DNA of 64,000 bases, from the NCBI GenBank assembly GCA_004764695.1, contig SMSO01000005.1, positions 1,426,001 through 1,490,000 on the forward strand, read 5' to 3'. Shown here one piece after another: positions 37,501 through 51,476 of this stretch. The translations under genes and the position numbers were made by a program. Positions within the stretch are counted from its first letter, which is position 1, and every line of letters starts with the position of its first letter. This stretch comes from Schizochytrium sp. TIO01 (Eukaryota; Protista; Bigyra: Labyrinthulomycetes). The notes under the pieces are model-generated. The model was not told where the DNA came from and ran no database searches. It saw only the letters and a list, made by a program, of their open reading frames with translations.

Positions 37501-39303
37501 TCTCGATTCGCTGGCAGACAGGCAAGTGAGACCGGTTGGCGAACGGAGGGGGGGGTTCGGTCCGGTTGCGATGAACATTGCATCGTTATGCAGCCGCGTT
37601 TGGTGCCTAGCAGCTGCTCGAGTGAGTTGTGGAGTTTTTCGACGGCTTTGGCACGGCAGCAAGCAGTTAAGTCGAGGCCATCGGTCGTGGGAAAACGGGG
37701 CTCCATCATGGAATTCCGTGAACTAAGCAGGTCTTAGGTGCCTCCCTTTTAAAAGAACTCCCTTTTAAAAGAAGTTACTTACTCACTTACTTACTCACTT
37801 ACTTACTTACTTACTTACAAACACTAGTGTGACTTGACCCTTGAAAGTTTCCAATGCGGAGAGAGGAACAAAGAGAAATGAATGAATTATTAATGAAAAG
37901 TTTTAAGTTAAAAGGACGAACGTGGCGTTTACAAAGACGATGAGAACTCAAGTTGGACCACTTGAAGAACCTCTGCAACACGAAGGTCGGTTCTCAGGCA
38001 AAGTGGCTCGAGGCCAACGGCGAGCGATTAACCTGGCGCCGCTCGAGGTCGGCAGCGGTGCCGAGACGGGCACCGCTGATCACGTGCTTGTACAGGCAGG
38101 CAGGCAGGCAAGCGAGCAAGCCAGCCAGCCAACATAGCAAGCACCCAGGCACCCAGTCGATGAGCAGCCAGCGCCTCGTTGGGCTCGGCACGCAGCTCAT
38201 GGAGCCCAGCTCGCGAAGAGGGCCAGGCGAGGGATGGCGGGCGGTTCTGGCGAAGACGGACTCACTGCCGCCCTTCAGGGGGTGGTCTCTGAGCTCTTGG
38301 AGGCCCACGCGTTCTTGGAGGTACCCAAGAACGCCTCGCGGGGCAGCTTGCTGTTCCCCCAAACCATCGCCAAGAAAGCAAGCAAGCAAGCAAGCGCTCG
38401 CTCATGCCTGCATGACCTTGCTTTGTCCTCTCTTTGGGCCGGTTCAAGGCCCTCCGTGGCTGGCGGCTGGCGTCGCGTATCTACGCTGTAAGTTCACGTA
38501 CGCCCGCCCGCCTGGATCTTGGCAACGGCCTCGCCTACGACCTTGTCGGCAGAGCTGGAGCAGAGTGCTTCGACCTGTTCATCAACTTGAAGCGCGCGGT
38601 CTTCGAAGAGCTGCGCAGAGATCGGGCAACGCTGGGAGCTTCAAGCTCGACGGACAGCCAGCCTCGCCGCGAGGTGGCACGAGGCAAAGGCATGGTGCGG
38701 ACCCCGCCTCATTCGTGCCACGAGTGGGCCCGCGCTACGGCTCTGAGCATCGCCATCACGACCGCGAGCACTTCGTATCGTGAGCAATTTCATCCTCATC
38801 AGAGGATGCGCTCTTCTCACTCTCTATTCATTGCATGTCCCATTTTTCTTTAATTCTTCCTTTCTTTCAAGTTCATCATATTTATATAAAAATTTTTTGT
38901 TGCTATTTCTATAAGCTATTTTTGCCTTTTCACCAAGTTATTTATAGCCAGCCATGTACTTATTGACCATTAAAGACCAAACTTAACAAAGAAAAAAAGA
39001 AAAAGAAAAGCTAAAGTAAAAACGTGAGTATCCAGGCATTATGAATTTAATTTTTGGTTGGTACTGAAATTTCATGAAAGCCCGCGAATGAATGAAGTCA
39101 AACCAGGACCAGGCTTTCTCCAATGTCGATTTCCGGGTGCCAGGGCCCATACGACGCACCCGTCGTGTCAGCAGCCAGCTTCGTGATATACGGCAGCCAA
39201 TGCTGCACAGCTCCTAGAGAGCAAGAATCCAATCCTGGTTGGTTCTTCGTCGTTGAAATTGTCGTTCTTACATTAAAATCGCTCTGCCTACAAAGCCAAA
39301 TAA

Positions 39304-39614
<311 letters not shown>

Positions 39615-39922
39615 AGCGCTGCACTAACGAATGAATGAACGAATCAATCAATCAATCAATCAATGAATCAATCAATCTATGAATCAATCAATGAAGGATG
39701 ACGCATGGCGCGTGGCATGGCATGCGTGGCTCTCGCGAGGGAGGCCGTTGCAAAGCTGTGTGGTTTGGCATCTGTTAGGCTTTCTCGCAGGTCCTCGATG
39801 CGGCTGGCGACTGAGAAGAGGAAGAACCGAGCAGGAGCAGGTGCAGATGCATTCTCAGTCGCAGTCGAAGATGCGAACTCGCTTTGAAAACGAGGTTTCC
39901 CCAGTTCTGTTCCTTTTTTTAC

Positions 39923-40083
39923 CTAAACTAAACTAAACTAAACTAAACTAAACTAAACTAAACTAAACTAAACTAAACTAAACTAAACTAAACTAAACTA
40001 AACTAAACTAAACTAAACTAAACTAAACTAAACTAAACTAAACTAAACTAAACTAAACTAAACTAAACTAAACTAAACTAAAA
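39923..40083. repeat. (CTAAA)n microsatellite
   Basis: Direct reading. Confidence 0.98.
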
Positions 40084-42328
40084 CTCTATCCCATAATTGA
40101 ACTTCAACTCCTTCCATCCTCCCTTTCTCAAAACTATCATTCTATAAGTTTTAACAATGATAGTTCGAAGGCCCCGAGACTTTTTAAACTCTTAATTAAA
40201 GAAAGAATAGAGTCTAACTTACTACTCAAAGAACTACTTACTCACCTGCTTAGTAACCAACCAACTGACCGACCAACTAACTAACTACTGGCGAACTGCC
40301 TAGTCGCGACTAGCCAACTCGTAGCGGCTTCGTGATCAGTCATCTACTCACGTATCGAAGAAAACACTTCTGCTACGCACAGTTGCATACAAGTAAGTTC
40401 CCCTCGACACTGCAAAAGTCTTCAGACTCCCTCTCTCACGACGGCGAGTTTTAAGAACCTAATCTAATCTAATCTAATCTAATCGAACCTCAATCAAATA
40501 ATCGAATTCGTTATCAAACTCGACTCATCTTTTTCAATGTCACTTTCCTTCATAAGAAAAGCTCTTATTATTCTGAGGGAGCACACCCTACGGACTACCT
40601 ACTAGCTGTCACCTAAGACCTGCTAGCCCCAGTGTATGTATGTATGTATGCGCCCCGTTCTCTAAAACGAGGCAATGCGTCAGCGATGCTCTGGTCCTGG
40701 GCAGACTGCTCTGCAGGAGGCGCCTTCGCGACGCAACGCGAGCGAGGGCGCTGGTAAGCAGCCTCTCAACACAGCGGGAGACAGCCGCGGCTTCCTTCGT
40801 GAAGGCTCTCTGCTCTTCCCTGCTCGTCTTCGTGGCGGTTTGCAGACGGCGCGGTGTGCCTAATAAGGAGTTCCTGCGGCGTTCTTCGCGCACTTTGGGT
40901 TCGACGCGCTGGAGGTCCTTTGCCTCTTCGTTCCTCTATCGCACTCCGGCGACTAGCAACCGCATAGGTACTCCTAGCGCTTTGCCCCCTGTTCTGTTCT
41001 ATTCTGTTCTGTTCTGTTCTGTATCCCAGTCAGAAGAGGTTTAAAAAGTTATTTTTCCCTCTGTCGTTCACTAGAGTGTTTTTGCTTAGTTTAAAAAGAA
41101 TGGAAGAAATTTATGCAATATATAATTTATTTTATATTGCATAAATCGACGGCTTAGAAACGTGCGGGAGCTTAGACAGATGCATTGCTTTAGGTGCTGA
41201 TGCGGACTTGCACAAGAGCTGCTGGAGTCAGATTAAATGCGACGTGCTTGGACCAAGCGGACGGAGTCTGTGATCTTCTCAGTTTGTGGTGTGGTGGGCT
41301 TGACAATCGTCCATGGACTGATGACTTTCATGGGGTAATCCGAACACGACACACAGACAGAACCCTCCCTCCTCTGTAAGGAGTTGCAAAGGCAAGAACT
41401 CGTCTAAACTAGCTAGCAGATAATTGTTGAGACAATACCAACCCCTATGCGAGGACAGAAGGCAGGTCCTTCGCATTCCTTGCAACGTGGACGCTCTCCT
41501 GCACAATTTGCAAGCTCGCATCGTCGTTCGTAAGAGAGATGCACCAATCCATTCAACGCAATGAAGCATGCATCAATTTCTGCTACCCGCAAACAAATCA
41601 GTTGGCTTCTTGTGGATCGAGAGAAAACGTCTTTTGGCGATCTCAAACAGTGCACAGAAATTGGTGTCTATAAGAGAGGAGTTAGGGCTGCAGAACTGCG
41701 CATGAATGGCGGCGTAATGCATCAGAGAAGACCCCCTTCTTCATTGGAAACAAGAACGAGGTTCAATTTTGTCCATTTATGTTTATTTCGCAACACTAAT
41801 GTTCTCTTTTTTTTTCTTTTCTTTTTTTTAAATTATAAATAATCAAACAACATTACTCGAAGTTATTTTAATAAATTTATATTTTTTATTTATTTTTTAA
41901 AGTAGCTCAGCGATTAGCAGCATACATAAGAGGGAACTATGAAACACGGTAATATGACATTTATATGGCATCGACCTTTCCAACTTGCGAAGAATGATCG
42001 AGGAGGTCGCTCTCGGCGTGGGTCTTTGCATCAAAATAGAAATAGGCAGCTAGCTCAGACAAACAGGCAAGTGCAAGTCGTCGTCCTTCAAGAGCGGCCG
42101 AGAGAGCTAGCTGTTTACTTGTCTACTGGTGGCCCATCGTCGTTCAAGTTGGTGGTTTGCATCTCCTCAGCAGAAAGAAAGAGCCTGAAGTACTTAGGTA
42201 CGCACTAATCACACTCTAGAGGACCTTCGAAATGGCGGCTGCAGCTTAAAAGGAATGACTTTATTATTGGTTGATGAGCTTGAGTGAACGAGCGAAGAAA
42301 TTGAGAGATGGTATTTATGTGTATCTAT

Positions 42329-42363
<35 letters not shown>

Positions 42364-44546
42364 TTCGCTTGTTTGTTTATTTATTTGTTTGTTTCCAGGG
42401 ATACATTGGGTTCGTTCGTCATGCGTGGATGGATAAAGGCGGCTTGCTTTGCTATCTATTTTGAGAACTCACTCACTCGCTCGCTCACTTTTGCTTTCAC
42501 TTCCTTCGTCGAGCGAGGCCTGAGTTAGGAGGTCTTAGGCGTTGATGGGAAGAACATACATGTTTCTGCTTATGCCAATCGTTGTTGAGCGCTGAAGACA
42601 GAGAGGGTTCTTAAAACTAAGAAATAAAACACTGATCCTCTTCATAGCATTTGTTTCCATACTGAGTGTTAGTATTTTGCAGTTGACAGTATCAACACCA
42701 GTAGTAGTGGCAGTAGCACCACTAGTAAGTAGTAAAGTTAAAAAATCTATTTTAAACTCGTTTGTTTACTTACCTCTACTTTATTCTTTTTCGTTCTTTT
42801 GAATTGCAAGATTAAATTCAATGAGAGGTGTATGACTGAATGAATGAGTTTGAAAAAAAAAGAAAGAAAGAAAGAAAAAAGAAAAAGAAATACACGAGTG
42901 AAACAAAAAGTAACAAAAAGTAAACAAAAAGAAATGATGGTGAAGAAGTAACAAAATGGAATGGAAAAGCACACTCATGATCGATTCAAATGCATTGAAT
43001 CGAAAACTCGATCAAACCCCGAACCGCGGCCCCCGCGCGTTGCAACTCGGCGCAGGCGGGAGCGGACAGGACGGAAGCGAGGCCGCGGAAAGAAACACGC
43101 AAGCAAGCAAGCAAGCAGGCGAAGGCCCGCCGAGCCGCAGGAGGCAGGGCTGGAGCAGCGGTCCGCATCGACATCGGCAAATCCATCAATCCCCATCGTC
43201 GACGCGACGTCGCTCCTCTTTCACGGAAAGAAACGAAGGAGACCAAGAAGCGAAGGAGGAAGAGCAAAGGAAGGAAGGCAGCAAGGGACCGCAGAGACGC
43301 CTCGTGGAGCGGAGGGAGCAGCGGCGGCAGCAGCAGCAGCAAGATCTAGAGGCGACGTTTTGAGTTCGCAGGGCGATTTTGTTTCTTTGTTTGAGTGTGT
43401 TTGATTTCTTCAGTTCAAGTCGAACTCGGAGCTGCAAAGTCCTCGCATTTGGAGAACTTGGCAGCGAGCGAGCGGAGACAAAACGTGCAGAAGGCTGCAC
43501 GAAGCGACTGAAGAAACTTTGATCTCTAGCACAAGGCCTGGCCGGTTTAGAACTTGGTTGTAAATATAGAGTTAGAGAGCAGCTCGGACTGGTTTTTTCT
43601 GCAGGTTGACCTTCGAAAGTCCTTCACGTTTCTTCGAAGTGGACCGCGCGCTAGCTGCCGAGGAACAAGCACTACAAGGACGTCGCTGATCAGGCAACAT
43701 TCGGAGACGAATTCTGTCCTGCAGGAATCAAGAGGAGCCTTGCGAAAGGCCCTCGCTAGGCGACGGTTTCATAGACTAGAGGAAGGTGCCAAGATCAGAG
43801 CGAACATTTTGCTGGGTCCCGTAAAGAATTAGCCTCACAGCCAATTCATCGAGCTACTGCGGTTCCTGGCGCTCGGAAAAGCTCTTGTTCTACACGAACA
43901 AATCGATAGAAGTTAGCTAGATTAGCAAATCACTAAACCCTGAGCGAGTGCTAACACGGAGGGCGCACTCGTGGGTCCCATAGTGCAGTAGGTGGTGGTC
44001 CCAGGAAGACGCACTTTCCTCTCCTCCTTTCTCCATCGCTGAGACACCGGGCAGACGAACACAGACTACAGTCCAGGCGAGAGTGTCGTGCGTCTCTCTA
44101 GAGAAACAGCGCGGCAGCAGAGCAAGCAAGGACTGCATCGTCCCTCGTCCCCTCGATATCTATCCCTCGAACCCAAAAGTCAAAAGAAACTGTAGCGCAG
44201 ACAAGAAAAGAAAAGAAGAAGAAGAGAAAGCGAAGCGAGACGCCGTGAAGGAGTCCATAAGCTTCAGTAGCTGAAGACTAGGCCGACGACGCGGTCCCCT
44301 TTCTCATCGCTAACAAACGCGCGGTAGTTCTAGTTTCAGGGTAGCAAAGTCCTAGCACTGTAGGAGGAGGCACTGTTTGTTGCTTTCTTTGACGAGGCTC
44401 TTCTTGGAATTATTAGAGACGGAAAGGAAAGAAAGAGAGGGAAAAGGGGTTTCCACCTTTGTTTGTTTTTAATTTTTGGTGTAGAACTCTGTGTGTGGGT
44501 ATAGGCGTAGGTAGAAGAAACCTTAGGAGTATTGGAAAGGACGAAG

Positions 44547-44719
44547 ATGCCTCTTCTTGAGCCGTTGATGAGTGACCTGCAGGAGGACTACGAGAACAGC
44601 AAAGGAAAGGAGACAAACTCTTTAGTGAGCAAGATTATGGAGGAAGAGAACGATGGGCAGCGAATGCCACTTGACGATCAGAAACAAAGCCAAACTCAGA
44701 ACCAGCTGATGCAGCTTCA

Positions 44720-44761
<42 letters not shown>

Positions 44762-46814
44762 AGGCGTCGAGGATTGGCGGAGACCGAGGATGTCGAGGAA
44801 ACTCGCAAGAGTTTCTTCCTCCACGCCACAAACACTTGAAGAGGAAGACGACCCGCGTAGCGAAGATGAACCAGTTCGCGCCTATGGATCAGCAAAGCCA
44901 AATATACACCAAGAGTGTTCCTGCAGAGGACTAAACGCTCTCGAGGATGCCGAGGAGGAGGGTTACACTAGCAATGAGGAGGAAGATGACGAGAATGAGG
45001 ATTACGGTGCAATCGAAGCAGCCAGCATACACGGAAACGACGACGATACCCACAGCAGTAAAAACAACAACTCGCGACTGGAAAAGGTTGATGTTCAGAA
45101 TGACGAGATGATGAAACTCGATGTACATTCATCGCCACAGCTGCACCAATCCCAGCAGCAATATGAACCCAAGGAGCGAAACTATCCCACTCACACGGCA
45201 AATAAAGAGACTCTCATGGGCAATCCTCCAGGCGCAACGGCGATGGCTCAACCGAAGGATGGTAAAAACGCGAACGAAGAAGATAACAATGACGATGACT
45301 CTACAACCTCTCTGCAAGCTGGTGCGTGCCCAAACTGTTGGTCAGCAATCCTTTTATTATGGCGACGCCGCAAACAAAATAGACGCACACGCAGAGCAAA
45401 AAAGAGCAAGCCCAGCCTCACACAAACAAGTATTAAACTCCCTTTTGAAGAGAGACCAGAATCTTCTCCATCGCAGTCAACGGGTATGAGAAAGTCTGCA
45501 ACCCTTGCTAGCCCAAACAACAATAACAAAAGCAGTGCCAAGCACCATTCGCCTACGCTTGCAATCAATAACAACGAAATGAATGAAGAGGTTCGTGCTG
45601 AAGCTGCTGCATCGGAAAGAAAACGTGTAGAACGAACACTTGCTTTAAGAGCACTTCAGTCCAATGTCTGGGGAGAATTCATGGGATACCTCGAGAACGA
45701 TAACGTCGAAGGGATTCACCGTACTGCAGGCCGTGCGGAGATTCAAAAGGCTTTGCCACTGTGGAGAAACAGTAATGGAGAAGGTATCATCCATGTTCTG
45801 TGCCGTAACAAAGGTGCAAAGGCGATAGATGCTATTTTGTCAGGGCTTGAACCCGACGTCCGTCAATATTGCATTTCTGATTTTACTGAACGTGGTCGTG
45901 GCATGCTGCCTTTACACGTGGCCAGCGCTAAAGGTGACGAAGACTGTGTTCGTGTGCTTCTCAAATATGGTGCTGACGCACTTACGCCTGTTGATGACTA
46001 TGGTCTCTCAGCCTTGAATCGTGCTGCTGGCAACGGCTTTGGAGGTGTTTGCCAAATCCTGCTCGAGGCTGGGGCAGACCCAATGTTGCGAGATAAAGCT
46101 GGTTTTACTGCTTTTCACCGGGCTTGTTTTCATGGTCATATCGAGGCTCTGAAAGTGCTCATGATCTTCGAAGAAGATGAGTACCATTCTTTCAAACGAA
46201 TCATTAACGCAGATGCCCTCCTTCTTGCGCGGGGGAGATCTGCCTTGCACTACGTCGCGATGAATGCCTCTGCAGGTTCTCAAGCAGAAGAGCTTGTGCG
46301 TCTTCTCGTGCATGTTGTGGGAATGAATATTAATATTCGCTGTCGGGAGGGTCGCACGCCCCTTCATGAGGCGTCTCTTAGTGGCAACGTGTACGCTGTA
46401 GACGCCCTCGTTCGCCATGGTGCAAATGTGAATGAACGTGTTCTTGGCTCCGGCAGTACACCTCTGCATCTAGCTGTTGAAAACTTTCAAATTGGTGTCT
46501 GCGCAACTTTGTTACAGGACCCTGATGTGGATCTACATATTTTAGACGATACTGGCCTTTCCCCTGAAATGTTGGCTGTGGAAGAATCGAGATATGATAT
46601 TCTTGAGCTTTTTGGTAGCCCTGAGATTCGTCGTGCTCGCGCCAAGAACCTTGCCCTGCGTCGTGAAACCCTCAATAATGCTTCTACAACCTCCACTGTA
46701 TCAATTGCTACGACGAGCACTGCCGCAACAAGTTCAACTTCCCACATTCATCCTCAACGCTCCCAGCAGCAAAATAACATTGGTGCCCGGCGTAGCGTCG
46801 TGTCTATTTGGTAA
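44547..46814 (+). CDS. Ankyrin-repeat protein with long disordered N-terminus
   Basis: About 7 ankyrin repeats (GMLPLHVAS, GLSALNRAA, GFTAFHRAC, GRSALHYVA, GRTPLHEAS, GSTPLHLAV). Poly-N and acidic N-terminal region. First ATG is at 44547. Confidence 0.9.
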
Positions 46815-47255
46815 TGAGTAACCTCGTTACTTGTTTGTTTCATTCTTTGGTTTTTGACTGGAGCCATATTCTTGGTTTCAAGGTTATTCATAAACCCAGT
46901 TCATGACAAGACATCATTTGTCTTACCTGTGTCTTTAGCTTTGTATATAATGCAATGGATATCTCAAATCGCAATTGCAGCTGTCGGGAATTTCAGGGTA
47001 ACTGTTAACATTGCAAACTCACCTAGCGATTACCTCCACTGTTGTTGTAAGTGAAAGCTATTGCTTTCCTGTACCACTCTACTTTTGTGTCAATCATGAA
47101 TAATGTGAAGTGTCCATTGCCAGGTCTCGTTTCACATTCTACGTCTTATGACTATTTGGAGAGTTATTTCCCTTTGTTCAGCATACAATTTGTTTTTGAT
47201 ATGAGAGTTGTGATTCTCAACCTGATAACTCAATATATTCGAATTTCATTCAATG

Positions 47256-47732
47256 TGTCTTCAAAAACCTCCCCGCATTTTGTTTGTTTTATCTTAGCAG
47301 TGACTATCTTCTACACCTCTTTGTTTTGTTTTTTCTATTCTTAATTACTCAAAAGAAAATCATATATGAAAAATCGAAACTTTCTGTGTGGATGGGCTCT
47401 TGCTCTTTTTTGCAGTAGAAAGTTGAACGCCTGCTTGCTTGCTTTCCCTAAAGTTCGTAAAGGAGTCGATGTTCTGTAGCGGAAGTGTTTGTAAATGTTA
47501 AGCTTTCTGTCGGAAGGAAGTTTAGTCCAAACTTAAAGTGCGCAACCAACAAGTACACTAATTTTAATCAAGCATTGCAAAAAGACTACAAAATGTGTTG
47601 TACAGCAAACTTGGGTGGTTCTTCCAAGGAAATTGCATATACGCAAGTGAGGACGTTGAGCGCTCAAATGGCTGCAGTTGTTCCGGCGGCTGTGAACAAC
47701 CTCACCATTATCTACGCTAGAGCAAAAACAGA
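47256..47732. repeat. Dispersed duplicated blocks A (47256-47600) and B (47603-47732)
   Basis: A matches 58439-58800 (TGTCTTCAAAAACCTCCCCGCATTTTG...AATGTGTTG). B matches 60339-60468 (GTGGTTCTTC...GACGTTGAGCGCTC...CTAGAGCAAAA). Confidence 0.9.
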
Positions 47733-48648
47733 GATTCGAATGCCAGATCGGTAACCTCCAGCGTGCCTATCTAGACGACCCCGCTATCTACAAAGACATC
47801 GTTAGAGAGGTTAACTTAAACAGGCCGGCTTGCGCGCCCCACTGAACAACCGTGGTTCATCGCAAGCTTGCACTTTGGCTCTTGTGAAAACTAATATGTC
47901 ATCCTTTTGTCTAAATTTGAAACCTCCCAAATGGTCAACAAGTTAACAGGGGATCAAAAGCAAGACTGTTCAAATGATGAGTCGTTCAGGCCACTTTAGT
48001 TTCCGTCAGATGCTTATCCACGAAGTCGAGCTTTTCCTGGGTGTAAATGTACCATTCACCATGAGTATACACTTTCAAAACATGCTATGACAAGCTCGGA
48101 ACATCCAAGGTTTTCAAATGCCCACATGGAAACATCTAGCCGTTCGGGATACCCACGCCACCAGAGGCATCCTTTTGTGCTACCTATTCTAAGGACATGA
48201 TTTTAAAATTGTCTTTGAGTCGTGGGCAAGTTATCTTTAACAATCCTGTGATTGGGCCTTAGCCACACTTTTGTCATCATAGGAAATGCAAGTTTTGCAA
48301 AATTAATAGGTTTAGAATTCTAGAATGGTGTTGGCTTTTTAGACAAGACTGAGTTCATCCATAAACTTTGACGCTGAAAAGCACAGGTAGTTGATACGTT
48401 GTATGCATCACGGTCCATGCCTTGTGGACCACTTCTGTTGGAATAGAAGACTGCACAACAGAATAGGTTAAGGTTTCTTCTCGTGAATCTCATGAGATCA
48501 TGGTGCAACTGGGTACTCCAGCATTATAAGCTTCTTTTGACTTTTGGCAATGCATTTAGGTCTACAAATTAATAGGCGCCAGGTTACAAACAGACCCTAG
48601 CGGCTGCGCAGAAGACATCTTGAGTGTAAATGCCAACATTTTGACAAT

Positions 48649-50925
48649 TTAATTGGCAACTGTGACAGCCTTGAGAAGGCCAGGGCGAAGACGTGCAATG
48701 GAGACAAATTGTTTGCAGCTCGTTGGTTGAAAGATCGGCTGACCTTGAGCGTCAAGATAGACGTGCGGAAGACACATGCAGTACAACCTACCTGGAGAAA
48801 GCTCCATCGGACGATGAGTGAATAACGCATTACCAGCATCTCGAAAGTGAATATGCGCATGCAAGAGCACACGATAGGCGGCCTTTTCAGGAACGCAAAT
48901 GTAAATTCGTTGAAGTTGCAGATAGGTATCTTGAGCAACATTACTTGGTGCAATAAAGAGCTCTACGTCCTGAAGAGGCCATTGCATGAAACCGTGAGTA
49001 TCGTCAGAGATTCCTGTGAGCCCTTGACCCGTGGAGTAAAGCCCGGATACGCTATAAAAACAGCGATTTCCAGAACCTATGCTTTCATATTCAAGTCCAA
49101 CATATACCTTTGTCTCATCCCACAGGTCTAAGCGATTATAGCGAGGTAGAAAACCCGGATAAGGAATGCCTTTGCTAGGATCATAATCATGTGCTGGACC
49201 GAGGTCATGTAACATCCAAGAACCGCCTTTGCGTTGAGGTCTCGAAGCTTTCGGATTCTGTATGTGCTGGGTTTTACCACCTGCAAAAGAGGAGGAAGGA
49301 GACACAGGGAATACAGTTGATGAAGTAGAAGAGCTATGGGCTGCGGTGCCGATGGCCAAGTCATGAGTGCGATGTAGCACCTCCTCACAGCAACTATGGC
49401 TAGGGTATGTATGATTCAGAAGTCCAGGGAGGAACGGGTCGGCATACTCGAGCACGGACCTGCCGCAAGAGCATGCCATACGAATTGTGGCGCCACTACA
49501 ACATGATCGTGGATCAAATGTCCCTGGGCGTCCAGATGAAGTCTTGGCAAGGTTTTCGCGCAGTAAATTCACACAAGAACGACCTGTGAGAGAAATTGCG
49601 TCACAGAGTCTTCGATCGGGGCCCTTTTCAGTACTTGTAGTGATGGTTCTCCGCGTCGAAGAAAGTACTGCCTGCCCACGCCAGATACGCTTGCACTGGT
49701 CTGTGAGGCGCTTCTCTGCACGACGTGCCACAGACCCACGTCCGCCGGTAAATCTTCGCAACTCTCGAACAGCAAGCTCAAGGTGGGATTCGTGAACCTG
49801 GGTCCCGTACCGTGGTGGCAAATTACGTACATAAGTTTCCAGAGCAAATGGCATACCTTTATCAGCAAGAGCCCTACATAAAGCATCTTCCGATTTCGTT
49901 GCAGACTCGAGACGAGCAAGCGATTGTGCATCTTTCTTGGTTAGGTTGCTATCAGGCACATCATAGTGCTGAGTGGCGGTCTCCAAGGCCGCTACCAGTC
50001 CACTGCGTGCTGACAGGCGAATACTCACAGCGAGAACACCAGCCGACTTAAGCCATTCAGCCGATGTGAAGGTGTCAACATGTGCCTGTTTGATAAGGCG
50101 ATTGACACAAGGTCGAAGATTGCCAACCGCGCAGCAACAATCGTTTTTTACAGCACGGCAAAATGGCGTGCTACTCCGCGTTGGATTTCCCACCAGTCCA
50201 CATGCTTTGAGAGTGCCCATAATAATACCCTGCGCTTTCGAGACTTCATCATCTAATGAAAAACCAAAAACTAGATATGGCGTGCTACGACCTGGCCAGC
50301 CGCGAACTTGTTCACCACGATCTTTGCTTCGAGATCCACGCCCTGAGGTTTGATGTCGAACATTGATGCTACTGTTGCTGCTGCCGACTGGATGGCCAGT
50401 ACTAGTAGCAGAACTGCTAATGCCATTTGCCATGGGGGCAAATGATCGAGGTCTCGACGCCTTAAGAGCGTTGAGCAATCCGAAAGTAGTTAATGAAAGG
50501 CCTGCGGGACTTGACTGTACCCAAATGAGAACATGTGCACATGAGAATACGAAAAGCAACCTCCGGAGAGCCTCGAGGTCATGTTTGCCATGCGCTGCAA
50601 AATCTTCAGTATAATTGTCCTGTGAGTCAGCAACACCTGCGTTATTGTTGGCGATCGCCGGGTTGGCAGAAGTGGCGAAAGAAACAAAATGCTGTGCTAA
50701 AGATGAAGAGGGAGAAGGCTTGGGGCCAATGTTGGGGTCTACAGGGTCAAGCGCGAGAACAAGGTAAAGGATGTCATCGCAGACCTCGCGTTGCACATCT
50801 TGTGCCTGGCGTGGTTCGTCAAGGTCGCGAGGGAAAAGGCCTCGACCTCCAGCGGCATCATTGGCTGCACGAGCTGCATCAGACCAGCTCGAGGCCACCA
50901 CGCCCACTACGCGCGAAAAATGCAT
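48649..50925 (-). CDS. SMG8: Nonsense-mediated mRNA decay factor SMG8 homolog
   Basis: LLFVFSCAHVLIWV, YVRNLPPRYGTQVHESHL, CKRIW, CDAISLTGRSC, ACSCGRS...DPF and YVGLEYE motifs in the order typical of SMG8. Confidence 0.85.
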   Translation of the reverse strand: MHFSRVVGVVASSWSDAARAANDAAGGRGLFPRDLDEPRQAQDVQREVCDDILYLVLALDPVDPNIGPKPSPSSSLAQHFVSFATSANPAIANNNAGVADSQDNYTEDFAAHGKHDLEALRRLLFVFSCAHVLIWVQSSPAGLSLTTFGLLNALKASRPRSFAPMANGISSSATSTGHPVGSSNSSINVRHQTSGRGSRSKDRGEQVRGWPGRSTPYLVFGFSLDDEVSKAQGIIMGTLKACGLVGNPTRSSTPFCRAVKNDCCCAVGNLRPCVNRLIKQAHVDTFTSAEWLKSAGVLAVSIRLSARSGLVAALETATQHYDVPDSNLTKKDAQSLARLESATKSEDALCRALADKGMPFALETYVRNLPPRYGTQVHESHLELAVRELRRFTGGRGSVARRAEKRLTDQCKRIWRGQAVLSSTRRTITTSTEKGPDRRLCDAISLTGRSCVNLLRENLAKTSSGRPGTFDPRSCCSGATIRMACSCGRSVLEYADPFLPGLLNHTYPSHSCCEEVLHRTHDLAIGTAAHSSSTSSTVFPVSPSSSFAGGKTQHIQNPKASRPQRKGGSWMLHDLGPAHDYDPSKGIPYPGFLPRYNRLDLWDETKVYVGLEYESIGSGNRCFYSVSGLYSTGQGLTGISDDTHGFMQWPLQDVELFIAPSNVAQDTYLQLQRIYICVPEKAAYRVLLHAHIHFRDAGNALFTHRPMELSPGRLYCMCLPHVYLDAQGQPIFQPTSCKQFVSIARLRPGLLKAVTVAN

Positions 50926-51476
50926 GCCGTCTCGGGCCGCAATTTCGTCGACTTATATCAAAAGCTGCGCACAACCCTCCCCCTTTTTTAATAACCACAA
51001 AACCGACTGGGCTGCACGCTGCGTTCACGGAGATGCTCCCAAGCTGGCTGCAGGAGACCCGAAGAGAAAGGGTTATGAGTATCAGCAACTTAAGTCACTA
51101 ATACAGAATGATAAATTTGTTTATCTTTCAGTTATGTTCAAATTATTAAGCAAACAATATTAAGTGCAGCCCCGCATGCCAAGGCAGCACTGTATTGAAC
51201 CAGATATAGCTGTGTTAACTGGCCTCGCAGATGAAGACTTTTCACTCTGATGAGCTAAAGTTAAGTTTCTGAATCAGATTTTTTCACCCCCTCATAGCGC
51301 CTTTCAGGCTCTTTTGACATTCATGAAAAAAGGTAATAGATATAATGATTGCTTAGTAGTTGCTAGTACATTTTCCTTGAGTTAAGTATGATATGGCTCG
51401 CATACATCAAGACCCAATCAGTAATTGATTTGGTTTGAGGTTTTACTCATGCGAAAGTATTTAAAGGAGTTTGAGG

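Noticed and set aside
42956-44400. Cluster of overlapping short GC-rich ORFs
   Set aside because: Low-complexity, no domain signal; more likely the promoter/5' UTR region of the ankyrin gene.
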